DNA of 64,000 nucleotides from a virus: IMG/VR virus record IMGVR_UViG_3300045988_130630; one strand, 5' to 3'. Shown piece by piece: positions 12,911 to 26,100 of this stretch (position 1 is its first letter; each line of letters starts with the position of its first letter). The notes under the pieces were generated by a model. It saw only the letters and a program-made list of their open reading frames with translations, ran no database searches and was not told where the DNA came from. The position numbers and the translations under genes were made by a program.

Positions 12911-15790
12911 ATGGTTAATAAGTTATATCCACCTATTATATCTGGAACTTTACCAGCATTTGTTGGATAGGAAATTACTATTCCATTTCAAATGAATCGT
13001 GCAGTTAGTATGGTAGAAGTTTCAGGATTGTGTTATATAATTAAAACAGTATCAAGCAATGTTGTAATTGCTTAGGGAACAACCGCGGATTTTACTCCAA
13101 GCAAAGTTCGCGGTTGCTTAGAACAAGGGTTTATTACTTTCAATATAAATCTTAAATCAATTACTAATAATGGAAAACCTATCCAATATAAATTAAATCC
13201 AGGACAGTCTTATAAAATTCAATTAGCATATATTAATACTAGTGGAGTAGTCGGATACTATTCTACAGTTGGTATTGCTAAATGTACGACTAAGCCCGCA
13301 GTTTATATAAAAGGTTTTGAAGATAATTTAGTAGGAATAAATAAAACAAATTTTATTGGAGTATATAGTCAAAAAGAAAAAAATGATGATATTACTGAAA
13401 AAGTTTATTCATATAGATTTAAAGTATATGATGAAAATGGTAATATTTTTGCTGATAGCGGAGAGCAATTACATAATTCAATCAATGACACAGAATTGAA
13501 TGAAAGTTATGATAGTTTTGAATTAAATAAAGAATTACAAAAGAATAAAAATTATTTTATTCAATATTCTATAACTACTATCAATAATTATGAAGCAGAA
13601 AGTATTCGTTATCAAATTATTAATAGAGAAACTATTAATCCAGAATTACAAGCAACTCTTTCTGCGGTTATGGATGAAAATAATGGATATGTAAAAATTA
13701 ATTTAAATGGAATTCGTGATAAAAAGACAGGATTAGAAATTCCCGCGACAGGAGCTTTTGCTTTATTAAGAGCCAGTAGCGAAGATGATTTTAATACTTG
13801 GAATACAATATTAAAGTTTAAATTAGTTGGTGAAACTCCTTCAAGAGAATTGTATAAAGATTTTACTGTTGAGCATGGATTTAGTTATCAATATGCGGTG
13901 TAGCAATATAGCGATGAAACCGCGGTCCGCAGTAATAAAATTTTCTCTAATACGGTATATAGTATTTTTGAAGATAGTTTTTTATACAGCAATGGACAGT
14001 TATTAAGAATAAGATTTAATCCAAAAGTAAGTAGTTTTAAAATCAATACTCTTGAAAGTAAAACTGACACTATTGGAAGCCAATATCCTTATATTTTTAG
14101 AAATGGAAATACTTATTATCACGAATTTCCCATAAGTGGTTTAATTTCTCACCTTATGGATGAAGATCATTTGTTTATAAATAAATTGGGCGATGATGAA
14201 ATTAAAGATTTTACATCAACTGATTTGACTAACTATAATATTAATATAGAGCGTCAATTTAAAACTAAGGCTTTAGAATTTTTAACTGATGGAGAACCTA
14301 AATTATTTAAGTCTCCAACTGAAGGAAACTTTATTGTACGTTTATTAAATGTAAGTTTAAGTCCAGAAGATAAATTAGGTCGTATGCTTCATACATTTAG
14401 CGGAACCGCCTATGAGATTGATAAAGTTAGTTTTGATAATCTTACTACTTATGGATTTATTGATGCAGATCCACCTGAAAGTGAAATTCTTAAATGGGAT
14501 AGTGTATCTTTTGATGGATGGTATAAAATTAATGGCTATATTGATGATGTAAATACTTATATTGATAATTTAAAAGATGAAAATTTAACTTAGGCAGAAA
14601 TTAAGAAATTACAAGCAAATAAACAAACTTGTTTAGATAATTTATTACAAACGTTAAGTTTTTATCCTATGTTTGAATTACTATATAATGGAGACCATTA
14701 TAGTTTATAGACTAAAGATATCTTGGCTAATTCTCCTGCAATAACTATTCGATTTGAAGGTTTTGCGCCGGGGGACAAATTCAATGTTGATGGAGAAGAA
14801 ATTGTTATTGGTATTACAGGAGCTTATTTAATAGACCATGTAGCTCCTATTCATAGCGTAAAAATAATTGAATTATCCGATGTAGGATTACAACAAGGAA
14901 CTATTGTATATTCTTATTATGGTAAACAAGCAAGTAAATTTGATACCATTAGTGATATTCAAGTTGCTGATTTACCTTTAGAGCAATATTACGGCACTGA
15001 GGGTAATATTTTAAATCTTTACAATGATAATTTCAAATATAAAATCACAAAAATTTATTTCTTGCGTTTTACAAAGCGTGAAGTATAGAAACTATATACT
15101 AATAATAGAGTTAATTTTTATATAGCTCCTGATAGGGCATTGGAAGATAATAATTATACCATGGAGATTAAACGTGAAGATTTTGATCCAACTTTAATCT
15201 ATCATGTGTATGTGGTTAAAGAAAATGAAGAAAAAGATTATTACATTGATGGTTATACTAAAAAAGAAATTTATGATTCAGGCATTTTAGTAGATGAGAA
15301 AAATTGGGCCTGTAATATTAGAATAAATGAAGATAATAAATAGATTATTGGTATAGATCATAAAAATGAATATCAAATAAAAGATTTGACTGATATTACT
15401 TCTATTGAAATTGATCCGGGTGTTTTATGTGAATTGTCAGTACAACGTCAAGAAATAGTCTATTCTTTTGAAAATGATAACCAAACTACTTATAGAATTT
15501 TTAATGGTTAGACTTATACTACAACGACTATTTATCAATTAAAGCAAAATTGGTTAAGATCTAAAAAAGCTTTAAAAGATTTTAAAGAATTAGAACAAGA
15601 TAAAAGTAATCCTGACTTCTCTAACGATGATCCATTTTATAATGTAAATCAAAATAATATTTAGGATTGTATAAAAAAATACAATAGAAAAGTAGCAGAA
15701 TTACAAAAAACTATAGACGAAACTTATACTTTATTCATTGATACTTTAAGAAAGGCGGTAGAGGATTATGAAGACTCAAAGACAATATAA
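12911..15790 (+). CDS. tail/baseplate structural protein (about 959 aa)
   Basis: ATG 12911 behind AGGAGGGA. The frame links track ORFs 13496-13903, 14156-14593, 14723-15088 and 15140-15343 through TAG codons; TAA stop. Confidence 0.5.
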
Positions 15791-18074
15791 TACCGACTTT
15801 CTTAAAAAGTTAGATGAATTTAAACATAAAGTAGTTTATGCTCGTATTGAATTATTAACATTTGATGAATTACCAATAGAAAGTATAGAGGGTAAGATAA
15901 CCGGCGGATCAATTAATATTGATGGAACATCTGCGGTCCGCCGGTCTTGTTCTCTTACTATGGCCACGAATGAGAAATTATATAAACAATATTCTTGGGG
16001 TTTAAATTCTAAGTTTAGTTTGGCTACTGGATTAGAAAATAAAATTGATAATAAATATCCAGATATTATTTGGTTTAATCAAGGTATTTATTTAATTACA
16101 TCTTTTAATACTTCTCAAAGTGCTAGTTCATATAATATCTCTATTCAAGGTAAAGATAAAATGTGCCTATTAAATGGAGATTTAGGAGGAGATTTACCTG
16201 CTTCTGTAGATTTTGGACAAGAAGAAGTAATTACTTATAGTTATAATAAACAAAATAATATAACTAAAGATAATTATATAAAAGGTAAATATTGCTATAT
16301 TGTTAATAGTGAAGAAGAAGCTAAAAAACATAATATTTATTATATTTCTACTTAGAATAAACAAACTACTTATTACGTTTTAGATGAAGAAGAGTTTAGT
16401 AATAAAGAGTATTATTTAAGGGAGAGTTATTTGAATTTAATTTCAATTCCTATTTAGACTATTATTAAAAAACTTCTTACAGTTTATGGTAAAGAAAAAG
16501 AAAGTAATATAATTATTAATGATTTAGACCAATATGGTTATGAGCTATTAGCTAATAAATGCGATGAAACTATGTATTTCTTTAAAGACGCGCAAACGAA
16601 TAGAATAGTTAATGCTTCAATAGGGACAATGCCTACTTTATTAGATATAAATAATAATAAAATAACTGATATGAGTAGTATTAAATTCGATAATTTAGAT
16701 AGTAATAAATTATTGGATGATGTTCCTGAGCCGACTAAAGTAAGACTGGTAAATAATGGAACTATTTACACTATTATAAGTCGAACAACTAATGAAACAG
16801 TTGGTTATCGTATTTGTGATTTAGTCTATGCAGGAGAACTTATTACTAGTATCGGTGAAAATATAACCAGCGTATTAGATAAGATTAAAAATATGCTAAG
16901 TTGTTTTGAGTATTACTATGATATAGATGGTAGATTTATTTTTTAGCGAAAGAAATTTTATGAATACCAGTCTTGGAATAATATAGTAAATAATTCTAAT
17001 GGAGATAGTTATATTGAGCCTGCGGTTTATTCTTCTTCTTCAATCTATTCTTTTAGAGACGGGTAGACGGTTATTTCTTTTAATAATACTCCATAGATTG
17101 CTAATCTAAGAAATGATTTTTCTATTTGGGGATAGAGAGAAAGCGCTAGCGGGGCAGAAATCCCTATCCATTTAAGATATGCAATAGATCAAAAACCTAT
17201 TCAATATACCACAATTATTGTGAATGATAATGATATAAATAGGTATAAATCTACAATGTATAATAATGATATTTTTGATACTATGAATCCGCAATTAGAA
17301 CAAAAGACTTATAAAAACAAATGGTATCAAAGCGAAAATGAGCCAGGAGTTATTTATTGCGATTGGCGTGAAGTTTTATATCGTATGGCTGTAGATTATT
17401 ATCAATATAATTATGCGGATGATTTTACTAGTAAAGTGGCAGCCGCAAATCCCAATCTTTATCCTTCTGGAATAACTGGTTATGAAACTTATTATGTAGA
17501 TTTATTTTCTTTTTGGAGAGATATTTATGATTATGATAAGTTAGATTTTAAAGAAGAAGTAAAGAATAATCCTGAGAATTTAAATTTCTGGTTTGATTTT
17601 ATTGGAGAAGAAAATGCGGATATTGCTAAATACTCAGTTCAATTAATCGGAGATAGAACAAAAGCAATTAATGATACTAATATAAAAGTCATATGTTATA
17701 GAGATACACCTGATGTATTATTTATGACATAGACAGATTATGATTCTATTATTTAGAATAATTATCCAACAGAAAGTGGATATATTTGGATTAATATTCC
17801 TTCAGGGTATGATAATTATTTTAAAATTAGCTCTAAAGGTAAGAGCGCAGTTGATGAAATTGAAGATTTACTTTATACAACAGCATATTGTACGGAAAGT
17901 GTTTCAATTTCTACTATTCCAGTTTATTATTTAGAACCTAATAATAGAATTTATATTGAAGATAAAAGAAGTGGCGTTGAAGGAGAATATTTAGTTAATA
18001 AAATAACTATTCCATTAACTTATAATGGTTCAATGTCTATTAGTGCCACCAAAGCAATATCAAGAGTATATTAA
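15768..18074 (+). CDS. tail/baseplate structural protein (about 768 aa)
   Basis: The frame links track ORFs 15768-16355, 16572-16946 and 17220-17732 through TAG; TAA stop. Overlaps the previous gene by 23 nt. Confidence 0.5.
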
Positions 18075-18087
18075 GGAGGACCACTAA

Positions 18088-18432
18088 ATGGCAAGAAAGA
18101 TAAGACAAATTCGTTATTATGGTGAAGGTCTTAATTCTAAGAACTATCCAAGTGATGTTAATATGAGTAAACTAATTACAGGAACCGCATTTAAAAATAA
18201 TAATCAAAATGTGTTGATTACTCAGTTAGGTATTTAGACTTTACCAGGAACAAAATTTTATTTAAATGATAGCGCTAATGCTATTATTGTTGGAAATACT
18301 GGTATTTATGAGTTGGATTTAGAAGGTATTTCTACTATTAATTTAATTAAATTTGATAGAAGTTCTATGAATTTGATTAATCAAAATAAAGAAGCGTATC
18401 TTATTATAGATTATTTATTTGAGGAGGGTTGA
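18088..18432 (+). CDS. hypothetical late protein (114 aa), TGA stop
   Basis: ATG behind TAAGGAGGA. One in-frame TAG. Ends ...EEG-TGA, overlapping the next ATG (ATGATG). Confidence 0.5.
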
Positions 18433-20708
18433 TGATGGGTTTTTATGGTAATATAACTAATACTTCAAAAACAACCTTCGCTTTTGATAGAATTTATAAT
18501 AATAGACTTCAAATGGATAATAATTGTGCTAGCGATGGAGTGTTTTTAGGTCGCTATGTTTTAGTCGAGTATGGTCTTCCGGCTTCTTAGTATATAATAG
18601 GCTATCTTGACAATAATGGGAATATGTATGATGATCCTACTGATAGAAGTGATTCTCATATTATTTTATGCGAAAAAGGAAAAATGGTAAAAATTAGCAA
18701 AAGTAGTTATTGGTATTTATATACGGGAGATATCAAATCTGATGGGTCTCCATATTGGAGATATCTTACTAGAATTACTAATGATAGAGTTGATGATGAA
18801 TAGTATAATAAAAATTATCAAATAGATTATCCCGTTTATGGACGAGGATATGATTCTACCGTTTGGATAAAACAATATATTAATAATCAAGAAACTTATA
18901 TTTAGATTGCTGAATTAAATACCGTTGTTCCAAATTTTTCAATTTATCCATTGCTTCCTCAAGACCCATATGTTGCGGTTGATAATGCTAGTATTGTATA
19001 TCAACCAGGTAAGTATTATTATTACGATGAAACTGATAGTCATTATAAATTAGATAATAATGATACTAAAACTGAAGGACGTGTTTATTATTTAGAAAGT
19101 GAACTTGGACCTGCTATAACCGCGGATCAAAGTAGTACAAATTTACTTTATAAATTAAGAGTTCCTACTAATTTCCAACTTGATTTAGATGATAATAATA
19201 TTTATTATAATAAAGAAGGGTTTAGTAAGACAAAACACTCTTATGATAATACTACAAAAAATAGTATTAATTATAAATTAAGTTAGTCAGGATATAAATT
19301 TTATTATAATGTAGAATAGGATAATGTTGTTGGTGAACCGATTGAAGATGGCTATGACCGCAAATCACTTGTAGTAAAACTTCCTGCTCTTGGTAATGCA
19401 GTATGTGAAACTTATGATTTACTTTATGGTCAAAATCGTAATGATTCCACTACTAATTTTGACAAAACTAATGTTAAGGGAGCTTTAAATACTCTTAACA
19501 AAAAAATGAATTTAGGAAAATTAGAGACCAATAAACTTATTTACTTTTCTACTGAAACCGATAATGATATTAATGACAATTATATGAAATCTGCAACTAT
19601 TTAGGGAGATAATCTAATTTCAATAGATGCAGATATCGAAAAAAATGGTGGAGCTATTAAAATTACCCATAATAATTTAGATGTAAGTAAAGCATCAAAA
19701 AGTTATGGTAAAGATGTTGATTTTAGTACTTTTGGCTCTTCTATTACTTTACCTAAATTATTTGCAGATAGAGCTGGACATGTTGTAAAAGAAGAAACAT
19801 TCTCAGTTAGTATTCCAAAAGGTTCTTATGAAAATACTAAAGAGGGTAATGTTCTTACTTCTTTAAGTTTTATTGATACTACCGGAGCTTTAAGTAGTGA
19901 AAAATCTTATTTAGGTACTTTAACATTAGGAATTGGATATATTACTAATGATAAATTAAATACTATTACCAAAGATACAACTCTTAATGATAGTATTAAT
20001 AGATTGATTGATAATAGCGATAATAAATATAATACTTTATTAGGTCAAACTAATAATAACTTTGGTAAAGATACTGTTCCAACTCTTTATGGCTTAAGAC
20101 AAGGAATCAATAGTGATAGAGATAATATTAGTAATTTAAGCGATAAAATTGATATTTTAAATGGAGCCGTATCTACTACTAATTCTGTTGCTTATAGTAT
20201 TAAGTAGGCTATTGATAAATTAGATAAAACTGATAACAAGGTAGATAAACAATTTGTTACGGCTGTAGAAGAAAAAGATGGTTTAATAACTGTTTCAAGA
20301 AGTGCCTTACAAGAAAATGATTTACCTATTACTTTTGATGGAACTTATAGTAGTAGCAATAAAGTTGCTACTATGAGTAGTTTAAATACTTTAAAAGCAA
20401 ATCTTTTAGGCGATTATACTGGCACATTAGCTGATGTAAATACTTTAGCAAGTAGTAAATTAAATGAAGACGCGGTGCGTGGTCTTACGTATAATGCAAC
20501 TTCTGGAACTAATGGAGCTAAAACTATAGCAGAAATGTTTGATTTAATTGTAGAATTATAGAATAAAAATACGCAGTTAAATACAACTATTAAGGCATTA
20601 TAGGACAAAGATATTGAATTAAATAATTTAATTGCTGGATTAAGAACTGATGTTGATGCTTTAAAGAATAATTCGAATAATATTGATACTCCATCTGAAA
20701 CAACTTAA
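18432..20708 (+). CDS. tail fiber-like protein (about 758 aa) with a repetitive C-terminal coiled-coil region
   Basis: The frame links track ORFs 18951-19286, 20004-20207 and 20373-20561 through TAG; TAA stop. N-terminus MMGFYGNITNTSKTTFAFDRIYNNRLQMD. Confidence 0.5.
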
Positions 20709-20716
20709 TTTAAATA

Positions 20717-20754
20717 AAGGGTTTGGTCTTAATAGGCCAAACCCTTTTAGTATT
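20717..20754 (+). terminator. rho-independent terminator
   Basis: AAGGGTTTGG / CCAAACCCTT stem followed by TTAGTATT. Confidence 0.45.
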
Positions 20755-20796
20755 GATTAAAAAGATTTTATAAATAATAGAAAGGAGTCGATTATC

Positions 20797-21378
20797 TTGC
20801 CTAATACATTAAATAAATATGTAAAATTTGTCAGAGGTTCTAAAACCGCTTTTGAAAATTTAGGGACGAAAAGAGACAATGATACTTTATATTTTATTTA
20901 TGGAGAAAATGATTCTTCTGGAGAACTTTATTTAGGTAGTCGTCTAATTTGCGGTGGAATTAGTTCCGCAGGTAAGTTAAGCGATTTAAGTGATATTGTT
21001 CTTAATGAAGTTAAGACAAATCAAGTTTTAATTTATAATGAAGAACAAAAGAAATGGATTAATTAGGGTTTAGAAAATAATGAGACTTTAATTAATTCTA
21101 TTGTTGAAAAATTATCTACAGAAGAAAATTTAGCTAAATTAGCTCCTGTTTTTAAGGGCACAGTCCCAGGTTTAGTTCCAGTTTCTTTACATGAAATCAA
21201 AGGAAAACATATTCTTACTGATGCAGGCACATGGATTAATATGCCAGTAGGAACATTAACTTAGGGAGATATTGAAACAATTAATATAGCTAATAAATAT
21301 TTAGTAGATAAAGGTCCTGATAATTTGGTAACTCGTGTTGAAGCAGTTGAACAAACTGTTTCTTGGGCTGATATTTAA
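20797..21378 (+). CDS. hypothetical late protein (193 aa)
   Basis: TTG start after AAAGGAG. Two in-frame TAG; TAA stop. Confidence 0.45.
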
Positions 21379-21392
21379 AGGAGTGAAAAAAA

Positions 21393-23054
21393 TTGAACGT
21401 TAAATTTTTAAAAGGCTCTCAAGCCGAATTTGAAAAGGTGGCAGGTAGATATAAACCTGGTGCGTTTTATTTAGTAATTAATGATAATAAATCCGCCGAT
21501 GATTATAAAAAACCAAGTCGTCTTTATTATGGTGTAGATGAAAATAATTGTGTTCCTGTAAATCAAGGTATTAATGTAGTTGATACTACTGCAGGTTTAC
21601 CTCAAAGTTTTAACCAAAATACTGCGGGCGAATTTTATTATGTAAAAGATAAAAATATTTTATGTATTAATAATGGTAAAGGCTGGATTCAAACTAACAC
21701 CGATACTGTTTTAGATACTAGTAAAAAAAATAGCAATGTATCAGTAAACAGCAATCCTGAAAAACCTAATGGAGTTTCTATAACTAATACTATTGCTGAC
21801 AGTAGTGGTAATATTATTACTGAGACTTATGATATTATAGGTAGCGATTATATCCAAATTGAAGCAGTTCCTGCTGTTGATGATAAAGGTGTAGACACTG
21901 TTAAACTGAGTTTAAAAGGAATCAATTATCAATTAAGCTCTTCTTTAAATAAAAAAACTTTAAATGTTAATTTGAAAAATACTGATACTGACGCAGGTAA
22001 TTTTAATATTATTGCTGGTAGTAATGTTAATATTGCTGAAACTTCTACAGGAAACTATACATTAAGTGTAAATAAAGCTGTTGATAGTATTGATGTAGTT
22101 AATCACGGTACTGGTACTGGTTTTACTGCTTCTATTAGTGGTCCTGGTGTTGAAGGAGCTGGTAATAGTACGACTTTATCTGCTGATATTGATCCAGAAA
22201 TTGCTTTAGAAGGCAAGACCGGTGGCTACAAATTTAAAGATGGTGTTTTAACTCTTCCTGTTTATAGCAAGCAAGATATTGATAATCAACTTAGAACTAT
22301 TAATGCTATGGTATTCCGTGGCGGATTCCAAGTTAAAGATGGAGCTATTGCCTATGATAATTCTGATATTACTGAAATTACTGAAGGTAATACCTTTATT
22401 TATACTGGAGCTGAAGATACACTTTGGAATGGTCATTATTTACGTCCTGGTGATTTAATTATTGCTTCTGGTGAAGAAGTTAATGGGGCTATTACTGGTA
22501 CTATTAATTGGACCTATGTTCCTTCTGCCGATGACCCTGTTACTGAAGTTGAAGGAGCCAATGATAATAGTACTGCTGGTTTTATCATTAAACTTGGTTC
22601 TACCAAAAAACTTTTAGATTATGCTCTTAACGGTGAAAGTGGCATTGTTTTAGAAACAAAAGTTTTAACAGATTCAAAAGGTCAACCTACTAATTCTAAA
22701 GTTGTTACTATTAAACATAGTAATACTTTAACTGTAAATACTCCAGTTTCTCAATCCTATGCTGATGAACAAACTATTACTATTAATGAGCCAACTGAAA
22801 TTGATGCTCAAGGGCATGTAATTAAATCTACTCAAAAAACTTTTACTGTAAAAAATACTCATCAAGAAATTGCTAATGCAGATTATACGGTAAATGGCAC
22901 TGATACTTTAATTCCTAATCTTAAAGTTGCTGGTGCTGATCTTGAAGGCAAACCGCTTGTTTTCACTAGTAATAGCTTAAAGGTTAATGTTTCTGCGGCG
23001 ACTGTGACTGATGATGCTAAAGTCAATTTTGAGTTAGAGTGGGGAACATTCTAA
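21393..23054 (+). CDS. putative tail fiber / receptor-binding protein (553 aa); contains no in-frame TAG
   Basis: Uninterrupted standard-code ORF. TTG start after AGGAGTG. Ser/Thr/Asn/Gly-rich beta-like sequence. Flanked by terminators. TAA stop. Confidence 0.6.
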   Translation: MNVKFLKGSQAEFEKVAGRYKPGAFYLVINDNKSADDYKKPSRLYYGVDENNCVPVNQGINVVDTTAGLPQSFNQNTAGEFYYVKDKNILCINNGKGWIQTNTDTVLDTSKKNSNVSVNSNPEKPNGVSITNTIADSSGNIITETYDIIGSDYIQIEAVPAVDDKGVDTVKLSLKGINYQLSSSLNKKTLNVNLKNTDTDAGNFNIIAGSNVNIAETSTGNYTLSVNKAVDSIDVVNHGTGTGFTASISGPGVEGAGNSTTLSADIDPEIALEGKTGGYKFKDGVLTLPVYSKQDIDNQLRTINAMVFRGGFQVKDGAIAYDNSDITEITEGNTFIYTGAEDTLWNGHYLRPGDLIIASGEEVNGAITGTINWTYVPSADDPVTEVEGANDNSTAGFIIKLGSTKKLLDYALNGESGIVLETKVLTDSKGQPTNSKVVTIKHSNTLTVNTPVSQSYADEQTITINEPTEIDAQGHVIKSTQKTFTVKNTHQEIANADYTVNGTDTLIPNLKVAGADLEGKPLVFTSNSLKVNVSAATVTDDAKVNFELEWGTF

Positions 23055-23113
23055 GGGCAATACTATTTAATAATAAATATAATTTTTTCTATTTTATATA
23101 GAAGAATGTTTTT

Positions 23114-23152
23114 ATGGGGAAAGATGAAATATTCTTTCCCCATATTTTTTTT
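23114..23152 (+). terminator. rho-independent terminator
   Basis: ATGGGGAAAGA / TCTTTCCCCAT stem followed by ATTTTTTTTT. Confidence 0.55.
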
Positions 23153-23172
23153 AGGATAGAAAGGAGTAAATT

Positions 23173-26100
23173 ATGTCTAAGATACGTTTTCGTCCTGTAT
23201 AGGGTCCAGAAGAAAAAATAAAAGAATATCCTCAAAGCGATGGATATTTTTATGTGGCAACAGATACAGGCCGAGTTTATTTAGATACGGCAACTGAAAA
23301 TAAAATGCCAATAGGGTCTAGTGGGGTTCAGGTAATTTACGGTACAGATAATACTGTGGAAATTGAATATGATGCGGATGAAAACCCAGTGGCTTATTTA
23401 ATTCTTTTATCAAAATTATCTATAACAAATTGTCATATAGATGATTTAATTTTAAATTTAGACGGATGTTTTTATCGAATTTTAGGTTTTGCTTTAAATG
23501 AAAACCGCGAAGAATGTGCGAGATGTGAAAAATTAACTGTCGCTGGGGCAGGCGGTGGCGGAGAAGGAGACTCTGAACAAAAAGTTTTAGGAACTGTTTC
23601 TTTAACAAGAATTCCATCTGACAGCCCTGTTGATATCTTAAATGAAGAAAATGTTAAAGTAAAAGTTTTGGTTAAATGTAGAACTGTTGGTGGCGTTCCG
23701 CAATCTTCTTCTGTGCAAGGAATTATAACTATAAGCGAAATTAAAAGTGCTACAGAAAAAGAAATTTATTATACTTCTCCTCCTACTACTTATGAGCATA
23801 ATATTCCGCAAGAAATTAATTTAACTAATATTTTAAGAAATTCATGTTCTAGTGAAATTAATTTTAGTATTTATTATAATCCTGATAAAGAAAATAATAG
23901 ATTTTAGAAAAGCTCTGATACTATTAATATCAATAAACACCATCTTTCTTTTAGTTGGAAAGAAAGTAGTTTTAGTAATGATAGTCCAGTTGACAATGGA
24001 CAAATATCTGTTAGTTGGTTAATGTCTGAAGATATCGCCAGATCTGTTGAAGTTTATTTTGATGATTATTTAGTTTTAGATAGAACTTATAGTGATACTG
24101 ATTCTTCTTCTGAAGATTCTTTTGTTATTACTCCTGATACAAATATATTAGGGACTGATAAAGTTTCTACTTTAAAAAATTATTTTACTCATGGTGAGCA
24201 TATAATAAAAGCAAAGTTATATTTAATGAATAATTCTAAAAAAGGTGCAGGAACAGATTTTATTCAGAAAGAAATCGTTATTCAAGAACCAGGTAATAAA
24301 ATGCCTTTAATTTGGGTACAAGATTTTAAAACAGAATATTATACTTATGAGACAATAAGAATTCCTTTTAAAGTATTAGATCCAAATAATAATGGAGCTT
24401 TTATAACTCTTTATAAAAATGGTGTTCAAGTAGGAACTAGAGAATTAGATAGTTCGCAAGTTAGAGAATGGCAATATTGGGAAATTACTAATTTAACTGT
24501 AGATGATAGTTCTTATTATACTATTAAAGTTGGTACTGATCCTTATTCTTATTCTCGTAATTTTAATTTTACAATTTTAATTGACCCTTTAAGAGATATG
24601 AAGTTAGTAAAAAAAGATAATTTAAAGGTTAATTTTATAGCTACTGGTCGTTCTAATTCAGAAGGAAAATTAGGCCGTGAAACTTATTTAATTAATAATA
24701 ATAAATATGTAGAATTTAAAAATTTTAATTGGTATAATAATGGTTGGGTTTTTGATGAAAATAATACGACTTGTTTACGAGTAAGTAATGGTGCTGAAGT
24801 ATCTATTCCAGTCGGAAAAATGGCTTTTAAAGATGAATCATCATCTGCTACTATTGAGATTCAATTTAAAATAAAGAATCCTCAAAATTATGCTAAAGTT
24901 ATAACTAAATATACTAGATATAAAGTAAGTAAAGATAATTGGGAAGATAATGATGCTTGGGATAAATTTAAAGCCCAAAATAAATATCTTAATTATGATG
25001 AGTTTTTAACTAAAGAATATTTACCGACAACTAATTATACTTATGATGATTTAGAATATAATAAAATAGAACAAGATTTTAATTTAAAGAATTTAGTTTG
25101 TGCATATGGTAAATTAGGGAATTCTGTCTCTCCTGGTATTTATTTTAGTCCATAGGATGCTGTATTTACAGCTAACGGGGCTCAAGAAACAGTTTCAGTT
25201 GATTTTATTGAAAATGAAATGCTAAATCTTTCATTTGTTTATACTAAAAAGAAAAGTGATATAGAAGGCGGAAATTCTAAATTATTAGAAATTTTTATGA
25301 ATGGCGTTTTAACTAGTGTTGTACGTTGTAGTAGTGATGTTTGGAATATTGATTCTGATTTCATTAAATTTATGTCTAATACTTGTGATATTGATATTTA
25401 TAGTATTAGAGTTTATGATACAGATTTAACTATTCCTGAAATAGTCCAAAATTACGCTTTTGATAAGAGAAGTATAAAACAGTGGGACCAAAAAGATCTT
25501 TATGAAAATAATACGGTATTAAAAGATGATGTATTCTCTTATACTAAAATGAAAAAGTATAATGATAATCATCCGACTGAACCTTTAATGCCCTATATTA
25601 TTTTAAGGACTACTAAAAATAATAAAAATAATACGGATAATAGATTACCTTATTCTAAAGCAAAAGGAAGCTAGGAAGGAACTTTAGAATTTGTTAACAC
25701 TGCTTTAGACGCTGCTTACAATAGTGGTGAATTAGAAAAAGTTGCTATAAAAGAAGGATGGAAACCTGTAATCGAAAAAAATGAAGAAACATAGGAAGAA
25801 GTAGTAAAATATACTGCGGTATAGAATTATTATATGCATCATTGTCCTAGTTTTATAACTGTTCTTAATGGATGTACTTTCCAAGTTCAAGGTACTTCTT
25901 CACAATTTTATCCTCGTCGTAATTATAAAGCTAAATGCAAAGAATCAATGCTTTTAAATAGAGGTCCATTTGCTGAAGACTATAAAAAAGCAGGAGACTA
26001 GTATAATGAAGATATAACTAAACATCCTTGTTATTTAGAGTGGTTTTATATGGATAATAAGACAGTCGGTACTACTAAATTTACTTTAAAAATAGATTTT

